This document shows, in pieces, positions 51,715-62,668 of a stretch of 64,000 nucleotides of DNA. The notes beneath the pieces were generated by a model. The model saw nothing but the letters and a program-made list of their open reading frames with translations. It searched no databases and had not been told where the DNA came from. Source of the DNA: Dipteris shenzhenensis (Eukaryota). The position numbers were made by a program, and so were the translations under genes. Location: assembly GCA_047967505.1 (NCBI GenBank), contig CM106538.1. One strand, given 5' to 3'. Every line of letters starts with the position of its first letter. Position 1 is the first letter of the stretch.

Positions 51715-52446
51715 TCTCTTTTTTCTTTTTTTGGTGAGCTTGAACTCACCTAATGTCCTACGATTAGTTTGACTAACATAAGGGATGGTTAGTTTTACTC
51801 TCTCTTCTCTCCCTTTCTCACCTCTCACTGTCTCCCTCTACTTCTCCTCTCTCTCTATCTCTCCTCTCTCTATACCTCTCTCTATCTCTCCTCTCTCTCT
51901 CGACGCGGAATTTTATGGCGACGATGGAATTTTCAACGACAGTGATGGCAGACTCAATGCGATGGTGGGGGTGTGGTGTGGCACTTGCATGTGTGGCATG
52001 GTGCCTAGTGGTGTGCATGCATGTGGCACAGTACCCAGTAGCACATGTCAGTGTGGCACAGCCTTTGATGGGCTACGTGGCTATCAAGGCACTACACACC
52101 TGAGCGCCACGAGCCTGATGGTTTTGCACAGCCATGTGGTGCAGTCGCTGAGGCGCTGCACACTTGAGGGGATTGAGCGTGGGGACGTGCCACCATGCAG
52201 GAGTGTGTGCGAGGAGAGAGAGAGAGGGATGGGGCGAGGGTAAGAGAGAGAGGAGGTGGTGGTGAAGAGGGGGTGAGGCGGAAGAGGGGGTGGTGGTGGA
52301 AAAGGGGAGGGGGGAGAGGGGTTGGAGGGGGTGTTGGTGGAAAAGGGGAGGGGTGGTGGTGGAGAGAGATTAGGGGTGGGGGACAAGATGAGATGGTGGG
52401 TAGGGAGAGAAAGGGGGTGTAGAGAGAGGTAGAGAGATGATGGGAT

Positions 52447-52744
52447 TGTAAAGAATAAGGGAGAGAGATAGGAGACTCAAGTTCAGCTTTCTTCACAACA
52501 CACAAAAGAGAGAGGACACAAGGTTGGAGGGTGAAGCCTTTCTTCACTTTTGCATACAACTACAATACAATAGAAGAGGGAAATACCCTATATGTCAAAA
52601 CCTAGAATACGTGGTTCATATGTGAACCCAAACCAAAAACATATGTGGTAGTCTAACTACACCACGAGTACAACTAACATAGGCGGTGACATAAATGATA
52701 GTCATCCAGGAGATATGTCGGGGATAGAGCTTGATATCTCAACA
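52447..52744 (-). repeat. 3' LTR of copy A
   Basis: 298 bp. One mismatch to the 5' LTR (52595 vs 57742). PPT adjacent at 52745-52756. Confidence 0.97.
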
Positions 52745-55700
52745 CTCCCCCTCAAGCTCAAATCCATCTCACGTACACCAAGCAAGCTCCTAAATCTGCG
52801 AAGCTTCTCGGTACCCAATGCCTTCGTAAAGATATCAGCCACCTGCTCCTCAGTGCTGACATAGACAAGATCAATCTCACCAGCTAGAACCTTCTCTCTC
52901 ACAAAGTGATAATGCACCTCAATGTGCTTCGTTCTAGCATGATAAACTGGGTTATTAGCAAGCATGATGCTGCTAATGTTGTCACAATGAATGACAACTG
53001 CTGCATGAATTGACTGTCCCATATCTGCAAGTAGCTTCCGTAACCAAGCTACCTCACATGCAGCCATTGCTGCACCCCTGTACTCAGCCTCTGTGCTCGA
53101 CAAGGCAACTGTTGGCTGCTTCTTGCTGCTCCAACTGATGGCACCACTCCCAAGGGAAAACATAAAACCACTAGTAGATCTCCTGTCTGAGACACTACCA
53201 GCCCAGTCAGCATCTGTGTATCCATGTACCTGTAATGCAAACCCAGCTTCATAAAACAGTCCATAATGCAATGTGGACTTCACATACCGCAGTATGCGCC
53301 TAGCCGCATCCAAATGTGGCTTCCTCGGTGCCTGCATAAACTGACTCACCAGCCCCACAACATAGCTCAAATCTGGTCGGGTTATAGTCATGTGAATCAA
53401 GCTACCTACTATGCGCCTGTACATAGTAATATCTTCAAGAAGCTCACCTGACTCTGCATTGAGCTTCACATTCTGCTCCAATGGAACAGAGATAGGCTTA
53501 CAGCCTGTCATCCCATATTTGGACAGCATGTCCAAACCGTATTGCCTTTGCAACAGCCATATCCCACTCGGGGATCTAATAACCTCAATGCCCAAGAAGT
53601 AACGCAGCTCTCCCAAATCCTTCATCTCAAATTTCTGCTTCAACAGCAGCTTCACTTCATTAATGTCTGCATCACTATCACCTGTAATAATCAAGTCATC
53701 AACATAGATGACTATAAGCACAATCCCTCTGTTTGTCCTTTTCACATAAAGTGAAAAATCTGAATTGGAAATCTGAAATCCAATAGTGACAAGATATTGC
53801 CCTATCTTGTCTGACCATGCCCTCGGCGCCTGTTTTAAGCCATACAAGGCTTTGCGCAACCTGCATACAAAATCGGGGTGTGCTTTATCCTCATAACCTT
53901 CTGGCTGCATCATATAAACCTCTTCCTGCAAGTCACCATGCAAGAAGGCATTTTTCACATCCATCTGATGCAAAGACCATCCCTTTGCAGCAGCCATAGC
54001 AATTACTGCTCTCACGGTTGCCATCCTTGCAACTGGGCTGAAAGTTTCCTCATAGTCAATTCCATATGTCTGTGCAAAACCTTTGGCAACCAATCTTGCC
54101 TTGTACCTGCTAACAGACCCATCAGCATTGTGTTTTACTTTGTAAACCCACTTGCAGCCAATAGCCTTCTTATCATGAGGCAAAGGCATCAAATCCCAAG
54201 TGTGGTTTGCATCCAAGGCAGCCATCTCTTCATCCATAGCTGCTTCCCAATTTTTATGCCCTGCTGCATCCTCAAAACATGTGGGCTCTGGCTCCTCTAG
54301 AACCTTGACCATATAAGCATAGTGATGTGCTGTATACCCATCATATCTCAGCCTGTCAACTGGATACTTAATACGAGTGGACCTCCATACAACTGGATCA
54401 GTTGCAGGAGTCTTTAAATCATGCCTGCTTTTCCTTGCACCAGGTGTAACAACAGAAGGAATCCCAAGTTCCTCATCAAGGCTCATTTCAGAGCCACTTG
54501 ACTCTCCATCAACATGAGAGCTACCAGCAGACACATCAAACACTGGAGCATGGTCCACTTTTTCTTTTCCCTTATGTGATACCTGCACAACACTATCAGG
54601 ACTGCCATGTGACGATTCACTAGATCTCAATCTCCCTGTCCATGCATTAGATCCACTAGTAGAGGACTCTCTGGGTCCACTCAAGGCTTGAGATTGCTGC
54701 TCTGCATTTATTGCAGCATTCCCATTTCCTGCATCTGCATCTCCTACCATAACAGTTGGTGCATACCAGCTGCTCATTTCATCAAAAACAACATCTCTGC
54801 TCACTTGCATTTTGCGAGTGGAAGGGTTATAACAGCGATACCCTTTCTGGTGCTGAGCATATCCAATAAAGATGCATTTTTCTGCCTTTGGATCCAGCTT
54901 GGTTCTCTTCTCATCAGGAACATGAACATAAGCTATGCAACCAAATACCTTCAAGTGAGAAATATCTAGTTTTTGGCCTGTATACATTTCTTCAGGCGTC
55001 ATGCCATGGACAGCTGCAGTGGGAGTTCTGTTCATAATATAAACAGCAGTTGCTACTGCTTCAGCCCAAAAATAATCAGGCATGTTTTTCTCATTTAGGA
55101 TCGCCCGTCCTACTTCTGCAATATGCCTGTTCTTCCTTTCTGCAACCCCATTCTGCTGAGGGGTAGACCTGCATGAGTACTTCCTTTGAATTCCCTGTTC
55201 TTTCAGATATTCACAAAATTCTTCTGAAAAGTACTCTCCCCCTCCATCAGATCTTAGCACTTTAATATGCACACCTTTCTCTTTTTCAACCATGGCCTTA
55301 AAAGCCTTGAAATGGCTGAACACTTCACTTTTGTGCTTCATAAAATAAATCCACACCTTCCTAGTGTAGTCATCAATAAACGTCACATAATAATGGCATC
55401 CACCAATAGAAGCAGCTTTGGTTGTCCAAACATCTGAATGGATCACTTCCAAAGGTCTTCTGCTCACCTTAGCATTTTTGGGAAATGCATGTCTGGCCTG
55501 CTTACCCATTTGGCATGCTTCACATACCTTTTGCATTCCCTCAACTCTGAATTTAGGCAAACCTGCAACAATGTTTTTCGTTTGCATAGATTTCAGCCTT
55601 TGTATATTCACGTGCCCAATGCGCTTGTGCCATATCTCAATATCTGCAATGACACCTCTCCCATGCGCAAACATAGCAGCTTTCACCTCAGGCATATCAA

Positions 55701-57057
55701 CATCCAAGGTGAACATTCTTCCATTTTTGTTGCCTTTCGCAACCAAGCGGCATTTATTTTTCAGGTCTTCAACAAAGCATCCATCAGGATTAAATCTAAC
55801 CTGCAGACCTTGCTCAACCATCTGGCCAACTGAAACCAGGTTCTTAGTGATTTTTGGAACATGAAGTACATCTGCCAAGTACTTCGTTTTGCCATCCTGC
55901 ATAGCCAATGGCACTTTACCAACCTGCGTAATTGGGTGCGCAGTATCATCACCTGTTTCAACATAACCTGGCTTATCCAAATTTCTGACATCATGAAACC
56001 ACTCACCATGACTGGTCATGTGGTTAGAGGCACCTGAATCAACATACCAAACATCATTGCAAGCTGCAGCATCTCCTGACATGGAGTTAACCATATGCTG
56101 CATCACAAAAAGGTGCTCATTTCTGTCGTCACCATGCCCACTTGATGATGCATAGTTGCTTTGCTGCAACTTTCCACTTTTGATGTCATTCTGCTTTTTA
56201 TAGCATGTATTCTCCTTGTGTCCAGGCTTTCCACAATAATAGCATTCTATGCTGCTATTTACTTGCTGGTTCCTTTGCCATGAACCACGGCCTCTTTGGC
56301 TCCCCCTGCCTCTAGAACTACCACGTCCTCCTCCATAGGACTGGTTTTCCTGTTGTTGCTGTTGGTTCTGATTTCCTGCACGGCCACCAGAACGGCCTCT
56401 TCCTCTACCTCTGCCTCTACCTGTATTCGAGTAGAAAGCAGTCTCTTGAGAAGTTGAGGTGGCTGAACCACCATTCCTTTGCTCTTCACTCAGCAAGAGA
56501 GCAATAAGTTCCTGAAAATCAGGAAATGTTTCACGGACTCCAATGGATGTCTGAAATTGTGCATAATCTTTCCCAAGACCATTCAAGGTCACGGACACTA
56601 AGTCCTCATCATCAACAGGTGCTCCAATGGAGGCAAGAGAATCTGCAAGGCCTTTCACCTTCAAGGAATACTCATTTATATTCATATTTTTCCTTTGCAC
56701 ATTGTGCAACTCCTGCTTTAGCTGCATCTTTCGTGCTTTGGTATTTGTGCTATACAGCTTCACCAATGTATCCCATGCCTCCTTAGGCGTCTCTAGATCC
56801 TGTATATGCACAATCATAGAATCTGAAATGCTAACGGACAGCCAATACAGGCATTTTCTGGCTTTTTCATGCCATTCTTTAAAGGCCTTCAATTCAGCAG
56901 GAGTGGGAGCAGCACCCAAAACTGGTTCTGCAGTTTCACCACTGATGTAATCCCAAACTCCCTTTCCCATAAAGAAGTTTGTCATCCTGAACTTCCATGC
57001 TTGGAAGTTGTTCTTGTCAAGCTTCTCACTGACAATGGTAGACAGATTCTCAGACAT
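52702..57057 (-). CDS. Copia gag-pol polyprotein (gag, CCHC knuckle, protease, integrase, RT, RNase H), 1451 aa from the ATG
   Basis: CYYCGKPGHKENTC, WYVDSGASNHMT, WHKRIGH..CEAC, HSDVW/LRSDGGGEY/GVAERKNR, QMDVKNAFLHG, IYVDDLII, GYTDADWAG, ADIFTKAL, in PR-IN-RT-RH order. Confidence 0.98.
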   Translation of the reverse strand: MSENLSTIVSEKLDKNNFQAWKFRMTNFFMGKGVWDYISGETAEPVLGAAPTPAELKAFKEWHEKARKCLYWLSVSISDSMIVHIQDLETPKEAWDTLVKLYSTNTKARKMQLKQELHNVQRKNMNINEYSLKVKGLADSLASIGAPVDDEDLVSVTLNGLGKDYAQFQTSIGVRETFPDFQELIALLLSEEQRNGGSATSTSQETAFYSNTGRGRGRGRGRSGGRAGNQNQQQQQENQSYGGGRGSSRGRGSQRGRGSWQRNQQVNSSIECYYCGKPGHKENTCYKKQNDIKSGKLQQSNYASSSGHGDDRNEHLFVMQHMVNSMSGDAAACNDVWYVDSGASNHMTSHGEWFHDVRNLDKPGYVETGDDTAHPITQVGKVPLAMQDGKTKYLADVLHVPKITKNLVSVGQMVEQGLQVRFNPDGCFVEDLKNKCRLVAKGNKNGRMFTLDVDMPEVKAAMFAHGRGVIADIEIWHKRIGHVNIQRLKSMQTKNIVAGLPKFRVEGMQKVCEACQMGKQARHAFPKNAKVSRRPLEVIHSDVWTTKAASIGGCHYYVTFIDDYTRKVWIYFMKHKSEVFSHFKAFKAMVEKEKGVHIKVLRSDGGGEYFSEEFCEYLKEQGIQRKYSCRSTPQQNGVAERKNRHIAEVGRAILNEKNMPDYFWAEAVATAVYIMNRTPTAAVHGMTPEEMYTGQKLDISHLKVFGCIAYVHVPDEKRTKLDPKAEKCIFIGYAQHQKGYRCYNPSTRKMQVSRDVVFDEMSSWYAPTVMVGDADAGNGNAAINAEQQSQALSGPRESSTSGSNAWTGRLRSSESSHGSPDSVVQVSHKGKEKVDHAPVFDVSAGSSHVDGESSGSEMSLDEELGIPSVVTPGARKSRHDLKTPATDPVVWRSTRIKYPVDRLRYDGYTAHHYAYMVKVLEEPEPTCFEDAAGHKNWEAAMDEEMAALDANHTWDLMPLPHDKKAIGCKWVYKVKHNADGSVSRYKARLVAKGFAQTYGIDYEETFSPVARMATVRAVIAMAAAKGWSLHQMDVKNAFLHGDLQEEVYMMQPEGYEDKAHPDFVCRLRKALYGLKQAPRAWSDKIGQYLVTIGFQISNSDFSLYVKRTNRGIVLIVIYVDDLIITGDSDADINEVKLLLKQKFEMKDLGELRYFLGIEVIRSPSGIWLLQRQYGLDMLSKYGMTGCKPISVPLEQNVKLNAESGELLEDITMYRRIVGSLIHMTITRPDLSYVVGLVSQFMQAPRKPHLDAARRILRYVKSTLHYGLFYEAGFALQVHGYTDADWAGSVSDRRSTSGFMFSLGSGAISWSSKKQPTVALSSTEAEYRGAAMAACEVAWLRKLLADMGQSIHAAVVIHCDNISSIMLANNPVYHARTKHIEVHYHFVREKVLAGEIDLVYVSTEEQVADIFTKALGTEKLRRFRSLLGVREMDLSLRGSVEISSSIPDISPG

Positions 57058-57580
57058 TTTACAAATCACGAATTGCAACAGCAACCTGTAAACACAGCAA
57101 ATGCCTCACAAGGGCAAATAGCAAAACTTCTGCGAAAAGCCTCACAGGGGCGGATCTGCAACACTGACGAAAGTGGTATTTCACCACACAGTCACTTCCT
57201 CGTGACGATTTTGCATCAACAGGCAACAGGCATGAATCTGCAACTCCCAATATCTCTGCACATAGGCATACGATGCAATTTCTGTGGCACCTTTCCACCG
57301 ACTAGCCGCGCGGTGGTCGCACAGCAAAAACAGGGCCTTTTTCTGAGTGCCTGCGAAGAACTTCCACCTTCAAAATGGGCCCCGAAACGGCCTCAAATCA
57401 TATACTGCGCTCTCGCCGCACCGCGAAGGGCCTCTCAATCTGAAGCAGTGCACTCCTGCACTTCTGGCTGTGCTACCTGCAGAGATTTGCTCCCAAACTC
57501 GAAATAGGAAAGCTGCATTGGTCCTCTTACCAGGACACCACAAGCTTGGCTAGCTTTCTTGAGCTCCTTACCACGAACAA

Positions 57581-57593
57581 GGCTCTGATACCA
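57581..57593 (-). promoter_or_regulatory. Primer-binding site complementary to the 3' end of initiator tRNA-Met
   Basis: TGGTATCAGAGCC immediately after the 5' LTR. Confidence 0.95.
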
Positions 57594-57891
57594 TGTAAAG
57601 AATAAGGGAGAGAGATAGGAGACTCAAGTTCAGCTTTCTTCACAACACACAAAAGAGAGAGGACACAAGGTTGGAGGGTGAAGCCTTTCTTCACTTTTGC
57701 ATACAACTACAATACAATAGAAGAGGGAAATACCCTATATGACAAAACCTAGAATACGTGGTTCATATGTGAACCCAAACCAAAAACATATGTGGTAGTC
57801 TAACTACACCACGAGTACAACTAACATAGGCGGTGACATAAATGATAGTCATCCAGGAGATATGTCGGGGATAGAGCTTGATATCTCAACA
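57594..57891 (-). repeat. 5' LTR of copy A
   Basis: 298 bp, TG...CA, followed by the TSD. Confidence 0.97.
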
Positions 57892-58330
57892 GGGATTTTA
57901 GGGGGAAAGGGGGTAGAGAGATGATGGGGTGGAGGGGGAAAGGGAAGATGGAGAAGAGGGAGATGGGGGTGTAGAGAGAGGTAGAGAGATGGTGGCATGG
58001 AGGGTGATGGGGGTGTAGAGAGAGGTAGAGAGATGGTAGAGTGGAGGGTGATGGGAGGTGGAGGAAGAAAGGATGGTTACCTTGAGTGGGGAAGATGGGG
58101 ATGGATGGAAAAAGTGGAGGTGGTGGGAAGGGGGATGATGGGAGGTGACGAAAGAAGTGGTGGTGGTAGAGGGGAGTGGGGGTGACGAAAAAAGTGGTGG
58201 TGGTGGAGGGGAGTGGGGGTGATGGATAAAGTGGTGGTGGTGGAGGGAGTGGACAAAAATATGGGGAGAATGATAGACAAGTGGAGGCGTAGAGGCTTGC
58301 GAAGTAGGAGAGAAAGGAATGATGGGGATG
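57892..58330. repeat. G/A-rich low-complexity tract, continuing 52200-52446 across the copia insertion
   Basis: GGGGGTGTAGAGAGAGGTAGAGAGATG units occur on both sides of the insertion. Confidence 0.85.
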
Positions 58331-58949
58331 GGTGTCCCTCGTATAGGATGTGGAGGGTTCTTAGGGCTTTTAATCTTAATTATTTAATGGGGCTTAAGAA
58401 AAAACACTGATTAGCCTTATTTTTAGCCATAATTGGAAGTATTTTTGTACTCCTTTGCCTTCATGGATGTTGCATTTATGATTTTCAATAGGGTGTTCTT
58501 CCTCACGTGGGTAAGCACATGATCCACTTTCATCTTAGGTGCTAACCTCCTTGGTAGCGGTGCCAAAATATTGTCAGTGTTTCTCCCAAGTGCAAGTTTT
58601 GAGGGTGTTGGTCACCTATAGTCGTGTCATTGCTCATTGTAGCATAGGTCTTCACAAGTGTAGCATAGGTCCTTGGGTTGTGTTCCAGTGAGAGGTGTAG
58701 GCTAAAGCATGGAAATTAGTTCTCATGCATGCGTGGATGAGAAAGAGTGCTGGATCACAATGATGCATGTAGGCTTGTGCGTCCAAGAGAGTTTAAGGGT
58801 TTAGAAGGAGGTTGCAGGGTTCAGAAGGGGACAGGGTTGAAAGAGTTATCTAGGGGTTCTAGGGTTCAGGGAGGGTTGCAGGGTTTAGGAGTCGTCCATA
58901 GTTGAGGAGTGGAGAGCTAATCTTCTTCATGACTTTGAGGGATAAAAGT

Positions 58950-59200
58950 TGAGGAGGAGGGACAAGACAGGAGGGAGGAGGAGGAAGGAGGAGGAGGAGG
59001 AGGAAGGAGGAGGAGGAGGAGGAAGGAGGAGGAGGAGGAGGAGGGTGGAGGGTGGAGGGTGGAGAAGGAGGGAGGAGGGAGGAGGAGGGAGGAAGAGGAG
59101 GGCAGAGGAAGAGGGAGGAGAGAGGAGGAGAAGGAGAGAGGAGGATGGAGGAAGAGGGAGGAGGAAGGAGGATAGGGAGGGAGGAGGAGGGAGTACAAGG
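58950..59200. repeat. (GGA)n-rich polypurine tract
   Basis: Read directly. Confidence 0.9.
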
Positions 59201-59431
59201 GTAGGGAGTGCAAGGGTAAGGGCATGCTAGAACACGAGAGTGTAAGAGAGCATTGATGCAATGAAGATCAATCATATGAACACAATAGTGAGCTTGAGCA
59301 CTGAACCCCAAAGAGTGGGAGCTTCGGTCCATTGAGAGATATTTATACATGTTGTCCATAAGTACCTCCGTGGTGGGACCTCTTTTGTAGGAGACCTTTT
59401 GAATAAGAGTCCCTCCACTTTGGGGGGGGGG

Positions 59432-59580
59432 CTTTTGGGTCTCTACACAAAGTGGGGGTCCCTTTTGAGTCTCTACACAAAGTGGGGGACCCTTTTAGGT
59501 CTCTACACAAAGTGGAGAGACCTCAAAAAGTGTAGGCTTTTAGTATTTCTCTCTCTAGATTTAGTATTTCTCTCTCTAGA
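59432..59580. repeat. Tandem repeats: 3 x 30 bp (CTTTTGGGTCTCTACACAAAGTGGGGGTCC) and 2 x 21 bp (TTTAGTATTTCTCTCTCTAGA)
   Basis: Read directly. The 30-bp period shows as LLGLYTKWG repeats in the ORF track. Confidence 0.85.
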
Positions 59581-61739
59581 TCCTAATTTTGCAAGTATGA
59601 TTGGATCTTAGCTTTGCCGTTGCTACTCTATACACACAATGCTCTCATCGTTACTGCCCTAGACTACACTTTTGGCCCTTGTTGCCATAGGGTTAGCAGC
59701 ATCTAAAATGGTCTCCTTTCTGAAAACCTTCCCTAACATCCCATGTTAGGTAAATGGTATTATCAAGAAATTCTGCTACCAAGTCTTTGCATACCCACAA
59801 GATCTTCATTTTGTCGAGGAAAACTAATTTGAAGTAATTAAAAAAATACAATGGAGGGCATGAACCAACTAGCACTCATAGACTTTAAACCAGGAGTAGT
59901 CTTCATTGATGAGTGAGCATCAAATCTCATCTTTATTTGAAATTGCATCTATAGAGAATGGAGCATGAAGAAGCCATTCTAGACTATCAAAGTTAGGAAA
60001 AGGGATAGGGATGGAGGATTCCATATGCACCCGGTCCTCCCTGCAAATGTCAGGGGTGGTGATTTATTATTGACTTGGCCATATTGTTTCTGCATCTTAG
60101 GAGTTGAAGCCCAACAAATACATGAATAAGGCAATGCTCACAAGAGCTTATCACTGATCCGTCTTGTAGTCTATACAATATTGTCACATGGAGTACAAAC
60201 ATCTGAATAAAAGTGTCGATATCTTTTGATCTTGCGTCGAGCTTGGATTTCCTTGCTCCCTCGCATCGAGAACATGCATCAAAAGAGAGGAATGTTGTAA
60301 GAATTCAGATTGAAAACAAGGAATTTTGAATGAATGAGCAATTGAAAATATTTATATGATAATATATAACATATAATTATTATAACCACACAGTGTGTGG
60401 CCGGGGAGGTGGCGCGCTTCCTTCCCAAAAGAGCTATAATCCAAGGGAACGGGCCCTTCCCCATGTGTCGAGAATATTAGCGCCGAGAGTAAGTCTTGCG
60501 AATGGATAAGATATTAGCTTATTACCTAAATGTCAATATTTGTACTTGTATTGAAACTTGAGAAAGCAATCTCTTGCTCACACCAGTGACATAGATGTCT
60601 TTCACTTTTTACAAACATAAAAAAGTGCATTCAAAACAAAAGGCATATTAAAACATGCTATCCATTATTATTAGACAAATTGAATGCTAAAATTCAAATT
60701 TGATAGAGGACTTGCAAAGCCTAGCTTTTATCAATACTTCAAACATCAATTACTAGGTTTTTTGTTGGGGTTGAAATCCATATCTTGGAGGATACGCTCG
60801 AGATACATTCACCATTAAACTTGGAGGGTACAGATGAAAGACATCAGGAAAAAACATCACTTACCATATTTTTGAAATACTGCTCAGAGGCCATCTAATG
60901 GCACATCTGCATCTATATTGAAAACCACAAGCGTGCCTTGGTTAATAAGCATCCAAAACTACCTTTATTAGAGTAGGCTAACCCATTTGGGAAAGACCTT
61001 TGAGATGAAATTGCTACTGCTTCCAAAGGTGCTAACTTTGAATGTCTTTCAAAGCCTCCTATGCATGTTTGAGGTCATAGTGCTACTAGTGTATTCAAAA
61101 GGGAGAAAAACACCAACACACATCCACTTCTGGTAATGGAACTATGAGAGTCGGATTCACATCTGGGACTAAAGTCAAAAAGAGACGAATCAAAAATGCA
61201 CATTCAGAGAGATGAAACAACGTTTTAAAAAGATAAAGGCTTGCAACTAGTTTGTATTCCCAACTTATTGCATACAATTCAACTGCAAAAAGGAGATGAC
61301 ATGGTGCTTATAACATATTCCAATAGTATTCCGATAATAGTCGGATCTCTAAGCATCATTCATTAGACAAGGCCACTACTCTAGATTGTGAGCAATTACA
61401 AAATGGCCTCCACTCTTATCTTATGGTTACTCCCCAAAGTGATGGCCACATGGGTGAGAGGTGGGCCTCAACACCTGGCACTCCCCAGTGGAGAGGTTTT
61501 TCCAAAAACCACCAGGGACATATTCCATCAATTGTACATTGATGGTTTGTGTACAATTGATGTCAACACCAACTGGGTTGTCTTCCATAGTTTGTTTAGT
61601 GGGTTCAACCTTCAGCAGAGCTTCCGTCTGCACATCATAACTGGGCTTTCCTATGGTAGCTTTATTCTGCATCATGGCATCTATTAGGCTGCTATGTTTT
61701 GTGTCTTCCTTGGTAGGCATAGAGTGCAAGAGGGCCACT

Positions 61740-62668
61740 TCAGAGTTTAACAGGCATTTTACACAACTTTGTATTGAACATGAAAACTAAGTCACCTTTC
61801 TTGAATAACTTGAACTTGATATTTCTATTGATCCAAGCGTCTCTTCTTTTTTGAATGATGTTAGTAGTGTGGGAACTGCTTATTCTATCTTCATCTAATT
61901 GTAGAAGTTGCTGCAATTTGGAATTAATAGATTCCTCTGGTGATAGCTTATTATCAATTGCAACTCTCAAGCTTCCTGCCACGAGAAATTCCATTGGCAC
62001 CACTGCTTCACATCCATATACTAATTTGAATGGTTTCAGACCAGCTGCAACCTTGTGAGCTATTGAATCCAAGTGCTAATCCCAATCTTCTGGATCATGA
62101 GCCCCATTGTCCTTTTGTACACCTTTTTCATAAGCTTATTAGAACTTTTTGCTTGTCCATTAGCTTGAGGATAATATACTGTGGATTTTTTATGCAACAT
62201 CATGTGCATTCTTATCATCTTTCTAATTATTTTGTTGAAGAAGTGGGTACCTCTGCCTGATACTATTTCAATGGGTACTTCAAATCTGGTCACAATATTG
62301 TGGTAAAGAAAGTGTGCCACAGTTTTGGCTTTGCATGTTTTAAGGGCTACAGCCTCAACCCACTTTGTGTAATAATTAGTTGCACCCAAAATATATTGGT
62401 TACCTCTATAAATTTTGCGGGTGGTTTGATAGGACCAATAAAATCTAGCTCCCACTTTTGAAATTGTCCCAAAGGGAGAATGGGCTGATGAGGCATTCTG
62501 TCAGTATCAAGTGGTCTATCATCCCTCTGGCATGGTAAACAAGCCTTTGCATAATTGTGAGCATCTTTTAACACAGTAGGCCACCATAAACTAGTTGCAT
62601 GATTTTTAGCTATAATGTTTCCAGAGAAATGTCCTCCTGCTACTCCTCCATGAGCTTCTGCCAGGACA
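61740..62668 (-). pseudogene. Ty3/gypsy integrase remnant
   Basis: EAHGGVAGGHF..WWPTVLKDA..CLPCQ, FQKWELDFIGP, YYTKWVEA, YYPQANGQA, PFKLVYGCEAVVPME; frameshifted. Confidence 0.9.

Larger units (their letters stand above)
52447..57891 (-). mobile_element. Intact full-length Ty1/copia LTR retrotransposon (copy A, 5445 bp)
   Basis: Two 298-bp TG...CA LTRs, 5-bp TSD GGGAT (52442-52446 and 57892-57896), PBS, PPT and a single uninterrupted gag-pol. Confidence 0.99.

Noticed and set aside
57058-57084. N-terminal extension MLLQFVICK of gag-pol in the ORF track
   Set aside because: It starts at a non-ATG codon. The first ATG (57057) matches the gag start in the other family copies.
56869-57507. 212-aa antisense ORF over the copia leader and gag (226 aa in copy B)
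   Set aside because: Shared only because A and B are near-identical, not maintained in older copy D, and no recognisable domain.
58859-59359. Pro/Ser-rich and Gly/Glu/Arg-rich ORFs (also 52084-52559 and 57997-58410)
   Set aside because: Translations of low-complexity purine tracts with no domain signal.
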